A DNA stretch of 64,000 nucleotides, from NCBI GenBank assembly GCA_030834125.1, contig JAURFW010000002.1, positions 289 to 64,288 of the forward strand. Direction: 5' to 3'. Numbering within the stretch: the stretch's first letter is position 1; each line of letters opens with the position of its first letter. The stretch comes from Bacteroidota bacterium. Lineage in GTDB: Bacteria; Bacteroidota; Bacteroidia; NS11-12g; UBA955. The translations under genes and the position numbers were made by a program. A model generated the notes under the pieces. It was given only the letters and a program-made list of their open reading frames with translations, had not been told where the DNA came from and did no database searches. Below are positions 38,901-46,895 of the stretch, in pieces.

Positions 38901-41900
38901 TTTTTTAAAAGTTACTGGATTAACAGCGGTATAGTTTTACCTAAAGACATTGATACCAATGAGTTAAAATCATGGATATTAAATCAGACCAATTTGCACT
39001 TAGCAGTCATTGCCAATGACAATAAATACTTTTGGAAAGGAGTTGAACCTAAATTATTTGAGATTAAAGTTAGGAGTAGAAGCGAGTTTTCAGAGTTTGT
39101 TGAAAATAAATTTTTAAGCACAGATTCTTCGCTTTTTATGAGTTTTATTGGTTTTTCTGAAGGAGAAAATTATTTAGCATTTAAGGTGAATCATGCACTC
39201 CTGGATGGTTTAGGGTTGGAATTGTTGTGGAAGAAGTTGCAAAATGATCTTAAAAGTGGTTCAAGAAATAAAATAAATCTGATTGCTCCAAAAGAGGTTG
39301 AAATAGAACAAGATTTTTGGGAAAATTATCTCCAAGATGTTGAAATTAAAACGTTGCCTTTCTCGAGACAAAACTCCTCAAAAAAGAGAGTAAAAAGATT
39401 AAATATCAAACTCAATATCCAAGAAAAGGAAAGGTTACAAAAAATTTGCTCAGATTACGATTGTAGTTTATTTGAAGCAGGATTGATAATGTATTGTAAA
39501 CTATGGAAGTATTTTTATGCTTCTAAACCTCATACTATTGGAATTCCTGTAAATTTAGGCAGTTATGGCGAAGAAAATAATATTGCTGGAATGTCAGTAA
39601 ATATTCTTCCATTTCGCACGGATAACGAAAATTCCAAGGAAATACTTCAAAACTGGCGGTTCATATTTAAAAAAAGATTTACACCATTTTCGGATATAGC
39701 ACAATTGGATAAAAACCAGAAAAATGGCCTTCCTTTTTTCAATAGCACCTATCTCTACCATGCTCAAAAAGATATAGATAATACTTTTGAAAGTATAGAT
39801 TTTGAAAGAGCACAGACGGATTATGATCTTTCATTAGATTTCATTGAAACAAAAAATGATTTGATTTTTTCTTGGGAATTTAGGTCGGATTTTCTTTCAG
39901 AAACAGCTATCAAAAAAATTCATAGATGCTTATTTAATGATGTTGACATTAAAAATGATAGTAAATATTCAGTATTTACACCAATAAAATATCAATGGGA
40001 GCAAATAGTTGAGTTGTATTCTTCAAAAACAGCGTTAATATTTAATGATAAAAATTATAGTTATGCCGAACTTGCTAAGTTGGTTTTAGACCATCAAAAA
40101 AATTATCAAAATATTACTGATGGAATTGAGATTTTGATACTAGATCGTGACGTTTATTCAATTTCAAAACTACTTTTTCATTTAATTGAAGGAATTCCAT
40201 TTGTTCCTGTTGATGCAGAAACTAAACCAGATAGGATAGAGCAAATATTAATGTTGGCGAAAGATATAAATTTAAAAGATCCAACAAATAAAAATTTACA
40301 ATATGTTATAGCCACTTCTGGAACAACGGGTATACCGAAATTGGTGGGTGTGAGTAAAAGCGGTTATGGATCTGCCGTAGGTGCCTGGAAAGAGGATTAT
40401 AATATTAATTCAAACGATTGCTGCATGCAAGCCGCATCCTTTTCATTTGATGTTTCATTGGGTGATATCGGAAGAACATTTTTCAACGGTGCTACGATGT
40501 TACTATTAAATGCAAATGAACGGAAAGATCCGATGACAATGCTTCAAAAAATTTCGAATTTTTCGGTCACTGTTTTTGAAACTACACCACTAATCGCGCG
40601 TTGGTGGATATCTGAAAATATTAAACTTAAAACTTATTCAAGTCTTAGACTTCTTATTGTTGGATCGGATAGTTGGAAAATGGAAGAAATTAGAACTTTG
40701 TGCAAATCAAAAAATAAAGAACAGAAAGTTATAAATTCCTACGGGCTATCAGAAACAAGTATAGATAATAGTTTTTTCGACCCTGATTCAGATGATCAAA
40801 CATTCTATGCTAACGAGATGCTTGTTCCAATTGGAAAGGCAATGAGTCATTGCGAAATTGACATTGTGAATTCAGAAAAGCAAAGTTTAAAGAACGGAAT
40901 AGAAGGATTTATCAATATTTCAGGTCCGGCTGTGGGCTATGGTTATTTTCTTGATGGACATTGGACAAATTCGAATCCAGAACAATGGTTGACCGCAGAT
41001 CGTGGAATTATTGATGAGTGGGGGATTTGTCATTTTAAAGGAAGATCTGACCGTCAAGTTAAGGTAAGAGGGCAACGAGTTGAATTAGAAGAAATAGAAA
41101 ATATACTTTCGATAAATTCCAAAGGAACAATTTGGCATGTTGTTGATTTTGAACATGAATTTTCAATAGAGATGGCGGCATTTTACAACGTTGAATTATC
41201 AACTATTGAAATTCAAGAATTAAAAAAGTCAATAATCAGTAAATTTCCTAGTTATTTTTTACCAACACTTTTTATTCAAATTGAAAAAATTCCTTTAAAT
41301 ATTAATGGAAAAACAGATTTGAATGCTTTAAAGAAAATCGCTCAATCAAAATTTGAACAAAATGCTGAATTAAATGAAAATGAAGAAATAATTGAGAGGA
41401 TTTTGAGTTTATACAAGCAATGTTTTAACGAATCCGCAATTGAAGATCAAAACTTTTTTAGTAATGGTAAAAATAGTTTTGATGCAATGCATTTTGTAAG
41501 GACCTGGAATAAGATTTCTAATGAAAAAATGGCGGTACATCAGTTATTTGCGGCGCAAAATTTCAGAAATCTGGCTCAAATGTTAACTTTATCAGTAAGT
41601 ATTGATATTGAAAAAAGCTCAACAAAAAAGATTTCCAAGGCTCAAGAGGCAATTTGGTTTGAAATAAAACAGGGAAAAACAACACTTTATAATCTACCAC
41701 ATATAATAGAAATTCCAAATAAGTATAATATCAAAAAGTTTAAAGCGGCTTTTGAAAATACACTGAAAGTTTGTTCATCACTATTCGTGAGGTTTGAAGA
41801 AAATGATCTTGGAGACGTTTTTGAATTACCCTTAGATTGCGCAAATTATGTACTTCCCACAATCACAATTGAAAAATTGGAAGAGTTTAAATCGCAATCT

Positions 41901-43685
41901 TTTACAACAGAAATCAATTTGACGGAAGGTCCATCCTTTGAAGCGGCATTATTAATTAGTACAAATCAATATTATTTATATTTCAATCCTCATCACATAG
42001 TATATGATGGAGGTTCCGATGCTGTTTTATTGAAAATATTTGATAATTTTTATAACGATAGATCTGAAATCCTAGAAAATTATACAGAAGTAATAAGTAG
42101 TAATACCGTTGATTGGGAATCCTACTTCAACTTAGTTTCAAAACCTGAAATTTGTTTTCAAAAAACCGATAGTTCAATACAACCTGGTTTATTTATCCCC
42201 TGTAGCAAGGAAGACTCTTCAAAGATTTATTCTATCGCAGAAAATTATCAATGTACTACGACAATTATCATTTCAAACCTATTAACTAAGGCATTGAATG
42301 AATCAGGCATTAATATAAATTGGATTTCCCTTGCAGTAGATCATCGGACCTATGATTGTGTAGGTATGCATATGCGCGCGCATCCTTTTCCAGGTTATAA
42401 TTCTGAAGAGGAATTAGATTTAAATATAGCCAAACAAAAATGGGCATTAAGCAAACTTTTTTCTGCAGCCGATCAAAATTTAATCTATCCGGATTCAATT
42501 TCTGTAGAGGCTTATCATCAGGTAGGTTTGGTTATTCAACATCCATTTTATCTTGAAAATTTAAATTATAAAGAAAGAATTGACCTTACTCGACCTAGGC
42601 TTCCATTAAGTTTGTATGTGGAGCAGATAAATGATCAATTCTTTTTCCGTTGGGAATTTGATAATAGTCAGATTTCAATGGATAAAATTAAGGAAATACA
42701 TAGTAATTTTTTCATTCTAGCTGATGAATTGGAATTTAGGGATAAAAAAATCTTACAGTTTAATCCTGTTACTGCAGCAGGTAAAAAATCGATAATTCCT
42801 ATTGACATTTTACCAGAACTAGAACAAATTTGGGTAAAATATACAGGAAGAGAAAATATCGAAACACTTCATTTTTTTGAAGCTGGTGCTAATAGTCTAA
42901 AGGCATTATTAATGCTAAAAGAAATAGAAAGGAAATTGCAAATACGCATTTCTACAGTAGATTTTTTCAAACAACCAACACTTACGTTTCTTTCAAAAGC
43001 AGTCGAAAAATTTGAATACAATGAGCTCATTTTCAAATTACAAGATGGTAATGACAGTAAAGAATTATGGCTTTTACCTCCAATTATGGGATTTGGTTAT
43101 ATTTTCAATAGTTTGAAATTACCAGATAATTTGAAAACTTTTGCCTTTAGTTACCCTGCTGCAATGGGAATAAATAAAGCTGGAAATATCGAGGAATTAG
43201 CTAGAATGCTTTTCAAAGAGCGCATTTCGGCATCAGAATTACCGGAAGAAATTACATTGCTAGGGTATTCAATGGGTGCCTTGACTGCATTTGAGTTGGC
43301 AAAATTACTCGAGGAACATAATGTAAAAGTGAAGAAATTGATAGTGCTGGACAAAACTGCACAACCTGAGTTTGGTCGAATTCTTGAACAGGTAGAGTTA
43401 AGAAGTGAACTTATGGAAATAGCAAAACAAATCGCCATAGATTCAACTGAATATAAAAGAATTATTGAATATCTTTCATCCCATGAATTGATGATCGAAG
43501 CTTATCAGCAAGTTGGGTTTTTAAATTGTCCAATTGAGGTATTCTATTGTGAAAACGGATTTCAAAAATTAGACTTTAATAAATGGAAGAGATTCACTTC
43601 TTCCGAATTACAACTCCAATCTCTAAAAAAATGTAATCATTATCAAATTCCAGATATTTGGAATGAATTGGATCTGAATTATTGA
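35934..43685 (+). CDS. NRPS protein 2: C - A - T - C - A - T - C - T - TE, carrying the terminal thioesterase.
   Basis: 2583 aa. C1 'YHHLLFDGWG' (~36330). A1 'ICTSGSTGRPKVV' (~37575), 'FYGPSECSV', 'YRTGDFG', 'GRKDNQIKINGQRIELSRIE', 'NKNGKLD'. T1 'NGLNSIDALKF' (~38679). C2 'NHALLDGLG' (~39189). A2 'IATSGTTGIPKLV' (~40308), 'NSYGLSETSID', 'GRSDRQVKVRGQRVELEEIE', 'NINGKTD'. T2 'NGKNSFDAMHF' (~41470). C3 'HHIVYDGGS' (~41991). T3 'EAGANSLKAL' (~42885). TE 'LLGYSMGALTAFELA' with GxSxG (~43263). Overlaps gene 1 by 4 nt. Confidence 0.9.
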   Translation: MRKEDILSIVPLLPAQQYMLAASVKDGQSTYIQQLVFKVRNYDGKAIEESINKLVQNYECFRSLILFEGLKQAVWVSIKNITPKFIYHQINEAELDEFCKNRLEQGFKLDKEVAMKLDWIESQSDNYLLITYHHLLFDGWGRQKILSEVLFALKFPRASIKPKLNINWYEAWKQLNHNEALNAYNTYLTRFDTFASLTQLGQGQNKNCTHSISIEEIQISKAARNLNLTQAEYVLFSWACFISKWTNTSKVQLGQIKQNGLIDSCRDGFGLGIQTLPFQLDIDFNVTIAETLKVFKQRERKLTDYSFVDTTNEIFQQITYDFIIAFENYPIENSLVDFEHDFILIKNYDFSEFPLSLAISPNNGKLIFDWHYNQKQYCQRQIETVAKHFIECLEKLPVNIDSRLCNLRFWEPKPIPQFKIKTSQEDFFSRIEKHIIQGGREELYIQLKKYFQKYNINRVWIIGDKHSNSDLLICAAWYCKIEVLSLNEKESAAFVMHLHDEYSADLIFTNVSPSSFPKAISMDCLDNLPENPNSKLSKKSDVALSICTSGSTGRPKVVQLNLENLIAFFEAWEKKLPWKSNEVFASIAHPAFDIGVAELIFPLWKGFQTKLISKETLSDPILLNRELHDVTAFHMVPSLLENWIENSPADNKNRIVMTGGDKVPSNLQSKLSKKFPNVRLFQFYGPSECSVLSSGFENTGDFENHFSPLGTNFDHCELFVFSKDINQSAPFQEGEIIVCGPAVGLGYAFDNEDNKFFYYKGQKAYRTGDFGFFDENGNLFFRGRKDNQIKINGQRIELSRIETALSEWSSIEHWVTVSDGFKLFAFAKSEKSKIEKRRQDLQNWLPFYAMPHLIHYVNEFPLNKNGKLDRQQLIELGKKLVNVNIDSAIDADIDLLFKELFPNRVINTALSWYANGLNSIDALKFSGLLKSKLKFTIEINQILSIERLTSLNSLKIKVNDEPEEITIKPGQELYSTAARIVFLSESDDQFFKSYWINSGIVLPKDIDTNELKSWILNQTNLHLAVIANDNKYFWKGVEPKLFEIKVRSRSEFSEFVENKFLSTDSSLFMSFIGFSEGENYLAFKVNHALLDGLGLELLWKKLQNDLKSGSRNKINLIAPKEVEIEQDFWENYLQDVEIKTLPFSRQNSSKKRVKRLNIKLNIQEKERLQKICSDYDCSLFEAGLIMYCKLWKYFYASKPHTIGIPVNLGSYGEENNIAGMSVNILPFRTDNENSKEILQNWRFIFKKRFTPFSDIAQLDKNQKNGLPFFNSTYLYHAQKDIDNTFESIDFERAQTDYDLSLDFIETKNDLIFSWEFRSDFLSETAIKKIHRCLFNDVDIKNDSKYSVFTPIKYQWEQIVELYSSKTALIFNDKNYSYAELAKLVLDHQKNYQNITDGIEILILDRDVYSISKLLFHLIEGIPFVPVDAETKPDRIEQILMLAKDINLKDPTNKNLQYVIATSGTTGIPKLVGVSKSGYGSAVGAWKEDYNINSNDCCMQAASFSFDVSLGDIGRTFFNGATMLLLNANERKDPMTMLQKISNFSVTVFETTPLIARWWISENIKLKTYSSLRLLIVGSDSWKMEEIRTLCKSKNKEQKVINSYGLSETSIDNSFFDPDSDDQTFYANEMLVPIGKAMSHCEIDIVNSEKQSLKNGIEGFINISGPAVGYGYFLDGHWTNSNPEQWLTADRGIIDEWGICHFKGRSDRQVKVRGQRVELEEIENILSINSKGTIWHVVDFEHEFSIEMAAFYNVELSTIEIQELKKSIISKFPSYFLPTLFIQIEKIPLNINGKTDLNALKKIAQSKFEQNAELNENEEIIERILSLYKQCFNESAIEDQNFFSNGKNSFDAMHFVRTWNKISNEKMAVHQLFAAQNFRNLAQMLTLSVSIDIEKSSTKKISKAQEAIWFEIKQGKTTLYNLPHIIEIPNKYNIKKFKAAFENTLKVCSSLFVRFEENDLGDVFELPLDCANYVLPTITIEKLEEFKSQSFTTEINLTEGPSFEAALLISTNQYYLYFNPHHIVYDGGSDAVLLKIFDNFYNDRSEILENYTEVISSNTVDWESYFNLVSKPEICFQKTDSSIQPGLFIPCSKEDSSKIYSIAENYQCTTTIIISNLLTKALNESGININWISLAVDHRTYDCVGMHMRAHPFPGYNSEEELDLNIAKQKWALSKLFSAADQNLIYPDSISVEAYHQVGLVIQHPFYLENLNYKERIDLTRPRLPLSLYVEQINDQFFFRWEFDNSQISMDKIKEIHSNFFILADELEFRDKKILQFNPVTAAGKKSIIPIDILPELEQIWVKYTGRENIETLHFFEAGANSLKALLMLKEIERKLQIRISTVDFFKQPTLTFLSKAVEKFEYNELIFKLQDGNDSKELWLLPPIMGFGYIFNSLKLPDNLKTFAFSYPAAMGINKAGNIEELARMLFKERISASELPEEITLLGYSMGALTAFELAKLLEEHNVKVKKLIVLDKTAQPEFGRILEQVELRSELMEIAKQIAIDSTEYKRIIEYLSSHELMIEAYQQVGFLNCPIEVFYCENGFQKLDFNKWKRFTSSELQLQSLKKCNHYQIPDIWNELDLNY

Positions 43686-43692
43686 TAAAAAT

Positions 43693-46416
43693 ATGATTTC
43701 ATTAAATCAATATCAACTTCTATTTTTCAATCGCGAAATAAATTTTGGAAATTCAGCATCTAATGTGCTAAAAGGTTATGCTGAAATAAAATCTGCAAAT
43801 TTTGAAAGGCTGTATGATTCCGTAAATACAGTATTGAAAAAATCTGAATGGACCTATCTCAGCATAGATAAGAATAGCAGTAGTTGGATAATAAAAGATT
43901 CATGGAATGGAAGATTAGAGAAGTCAATATTTTTACCCGAAATAGCTATTGATAAACATTTATGGACAGTACAACTTGTTAAGGATGAAGATTCTGATAA
44001 AATTAGATTACATCTATTCCTGCATCACTGTTTAGCCGATGCACATTCTTTCAATCTTTTTTGGGATGCTGTTTTTAACCAATATCAAAATGGAATCTTT
44101 GAAATAGCACCACTTTTTCCGGAATTGAGCTACAGTAAAGGTCAATTAAATCAAAATAAAAAAAATCTACGGACAGACTTAGGAATTGGGAGCATCCGAA
44201 GAATTTCATTGAAATTCAATCAAAGAATAAAAAGGCATTTGATTACTCTTGCTAACCAAAACGGAACTAGCTTAATGTCGATGTTGCTTGAATATATTGA
44301 GAATGAACTTGAAAATTGTGAAGGTGATCTTGAAATCCCATTGAAATTAGGAATAGCACTTCGAAATCGAAGAAATGTTAATCAAAAAAATGCATTTCCT
44401 ACTGTAGTAAATTTTTTGCCATTACAGGAGGATAGCAACCTTAGTATGCAACAAAAGGTAATGCAACTGTTTCGCTATCAGGACTATCCCTTGATGAATT
44501 ACCTGAATGACAATAAACTACCATTAGCATTTAATGTGCTTTTTTCTTATCAAAAAGAATATTATTTAGTGGAAGATGGATTTGAATCAAAATTTACATT
44601 TGAAGCATCAACTAGTGATGACAATATACTAGGCATTCATCTCCTTGAATACGATGATGACAGTTTCATGCTTCATCTTGATTATAGAATTGATATTGCT
44701 TCGGAATCCTATTGGAAGTCAGTGCTTCGGAAAGTAAGTCGAAAAATTACTGCGGACTATTTAAAAATTCCTGATAATCGAGAAGTCAAGAATATTGCGA
44801 TACTTTATCCCAAAACAACTCAGTTAAATGATTTTTGGTATTATTTTGATCAAGCGCCTTCAGAAAAAATAGCATTAATATGTAATGATTATTGTTTGAC
44901 ATTTGCTGAAATTAGAAAACGCATTTCAGGGATTAAATTCAATCCTGAATTGAAACTTCATAGATTAATGCCTGAACGAACAATCGAAAATATTATTGAA
45001 TTATTGGCAGCATGGAAAAATGGAATAACGGTTACGTACCAACAATTAGATGATTTCAAAGAACCAGTAGGATCTAATGCTTCATTCGTTTTACAAGAAA
45101 CTACCGCCTATATTGCTCAAAGTAGTGGTACAACCGGTGAACAGAAAACCATTCAGATTTCATTCGATGGACTTTGTAGTCTTATTCCTGATTGGAAATT
45201 GAACTTTAAAACCGGAGATAGTTATCATCTTTGTTTGGCCGATCAAAGATTTGATGTGTTTTTTGGTGATTTACTTCGCAGTATTATTAGTGGAGAAACT
45301 ATGGTATTTGCAACTGATGATGAACGGCTGAATGCATTGAAAATTGATAGACTGTTAAGGGAATATGGTGTAAGTCATTTTGAATCTACTCCTTCTTTTT
45401 TAAGTTATTTGTTGCCAGAAATAACAGATCTTTCAGGAATCAAAGTAATAATATGTGGTTCTGAACCAATTCAAAAAGGTTTTTATGAGTCGCTTCAACA
45501 AAGCAGATTTAAAGATATTGATTTTTTTAACAGTTATGGTTTAACTGAATGCAGCATAGATACTGCAATTGCCAGGTTAAAAAGAGATAAAGAAGGTCGT
45601 TTCCCATCTGGATTTCCAGTTGGCGATCAGATAATTAGTATTAGAGATACTAAATTAGGGCTTAAACCCAAAGGAATTTGGGGAGAAATTTACATTGAAG
45701 GAAGCTGTGTTGGAATCCAATCTTGCAAAAATGATTCTTATAGAATATTCAAGACTGGAGATTGTGGAATGATAACAGAAGATGGATTAATTGTTAACGG
45801 AAGAATTAATGAAGATTTTATCAAAATAAATGGAAGAAGAGTACCTTCAGCCATGATAGAACAATTGACATCATCAATTAATGGAGTAAAGAATTGTCTT
45901 TGTATGGAAGTAAGGAACATGGCTGTACTATTTGTATTTGGTAATTCAGATGTTCAAATTATTCGAACAAGTCTCTCTAAAGTTCTCAGTCGTTATCAAC
46001 AACCAGATGATTATTTTTTCTGCTCAGAATGGCCTATCAACCAAAATGGAAAATCCGACAGAAAAAAACTCCTTGAGTGGTACCAACAGAAAAATATTAA
46101 TAAACAATCATGGCAACCGGGAACACATCCTTCAGATAAAATACTTTTTGAATGCCTTAAATCAAGAGAAAAATTATTTGGCGCTGCAAACGATTCTCTT
46201 ATTTCTTTTGGTTGGAATAGTATTGAACTATTATCATTGGCAAATGAATTGAATATGAAAGGGGTTTTTGTCCCTTTAGCTTCATTTATTCAAAATCCAA
46301 GTATTTCATTTATTCTCGAATCTGCAACTCAGAAACAAAAAATTGAAAATAGAGAAAACCCCGAAGCCGATGATTTCGACATTGATGATATATTGTCTAT
46401 ATTGAATAATAATTGA
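43693..46416 (+). CDS. NRPS protein 3: an N-terminally short C domain (candidate starter C), then A - T, and an acidic C-terminal tail.
   Basis: 907 aa. C 'LHLFLHHCLADAHS' (~44023), which sits only ~112 aa from Met1. A 'AQSSGTTGEQKT' (~45121), 'FDVF', 'NSYGLTECSIDT', 'FKTGDCG', 'NGRINEDFIKINGRRV', 'NQNGKSD'. T 'FGWNSIELLSLANEL' (Ser codon at 46219-46221). Tail '...ENPEADDFDIDDILSILNNN'. Confidence 0.85.
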   Translation: MISLNQYQLLFFNREINFGNSASNVLKGYAEIKSANFERLYDSVNTVLKKSEWTYLSIDKNSSSWIIKDSWNGRLEKSIFLPEIAIDKHLWTVQLVKDEDSDKIRLHLFLHHCLADAHSFNLFWDAVFNQYQNGIFEIAPLFPELSYSKGQLNQNKKNLRTDLGIGSIRRISLKFNQRIKRHLITLANQNGTSLMSMLLEYIENELENCEGDLEIPLKLGIALRNRRNVNQKNAFPTVVNFLPLQEDSNLSMQQKVMQLFRYQDYPLMNYLNDNKLPLAFNVLFSYQKEYYLVEDGFESKFTFEASTSDDNILGIHLLEYDDDSFMLHLDYRIDIASESYWKSVLRKVSRKITADYLKIPDNREVKNIAILYPKTTQLNDFWYYFDQAPSEKIALICNDYCLTFAEIRKRISGIKFNPELKLHRLMPERTIENIIELLAAWKNGITVTYQQLDDFKEPVGSNASFVLQETTAYIAQSSGTTGEQKTIQISFDGLCSLIPDWKLNFKTGDSYHLCLADQRFDVFFGDLLRSIISGETMVFATDDERLNALKIDRLLREYGVSHFESTPSFLSYLLPEITDLSGIKVIICGSEPIQKGFYESLQQSRFKDIDFFNSYGLTECSIDTAIARLKRDKEGRFPSGFPVGDQIISIRDTKLGLKPKGIWGEIYIEGSCVGIQSCKNDSYRIFKTGDCGMITEDGLIVNGRINEDFIKINGRRVPSAMIEQLTSSINGVKNCLCMEVRNMAVLFVFGNSDVQIIRTSLSKVLSRYQQPDDYFFCSEWPINQNGKSDRKKLLEWYQQKNINKQSWQPGTHPSDKILFECLKSREKLFGAANDSLISFGWNSIELLSLANELNMKGVFVPLASFIQNPSISFILESATQKQKIENRENPEADDFDIDDILSILNNN

Positions 46417-46432
46417 TAATATTTTAATCGTC

Positions 46433-46822
46433 ATGCATGAAATACAATTACCTCAAACAAGTTTCTACTACTTAAGAAATCATCCTTTAAAAGGAATGGG
46501 TGTATATTCATTGAGAGATTTCAAGATAGGTGAAATGATTTCAAAGAACTACGTTGCAATAATTGATTGGGAAATGGATGAAAATTCATCTTTTCAACAA
46601 CACTATCCAATGTATTGGACAGAGGAATTTGCTTGTATTGCATTTGGGATAATAAACCTTGTTAATCACAGCTCAAAGCCAAATTGTAGAATTAAAATAG
46701 ATTATGATTCTCAAACTATAGCTCTTTTAAGTAAAAAAGTAATTAATGCAGAAGAAGAATTAACAATTGATTATGGTGATGAACATTTTCCATTTAAATG
46801 TGGTAAAGTAAAAATTTATTAA
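46433..46822 (+). CDS. Small SET-domain protein, a putative protein/peptide lysine N-methyltransferase fold.
   Basis: 129 aa. 'GMGVYSLRDFKIGEMI' resembles the SET N-region G-x-G...I-x-x-G-E. 'LVNHSSKPNCRI' matches the NHSC-x-PN core with Cys to Ser. 'EEELTIDYGDEHF' matches the ELxxDY motif. It sits between NRPS genes 3 and 4 on the same strand. Confidence 0.6.
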   Translation: MHEIQLPQTSFYYLRNHPLKGMGVYSLRDFKIGEMISKNYVAIIDWEMDENSSFQQHYPMYWTEEFACIAFGIINLVNHSSKPNCRIKIDYDSQTIALLSKKVINAEEELTIDYGDEHFPFKCGKVKIY

Positions 46823-46895
46823 CCAAAGACCTTAGATGATAAAATATTAAACTAGTCATTCTGAATTTTTATTATAAATTATGTGAAAATACAAT

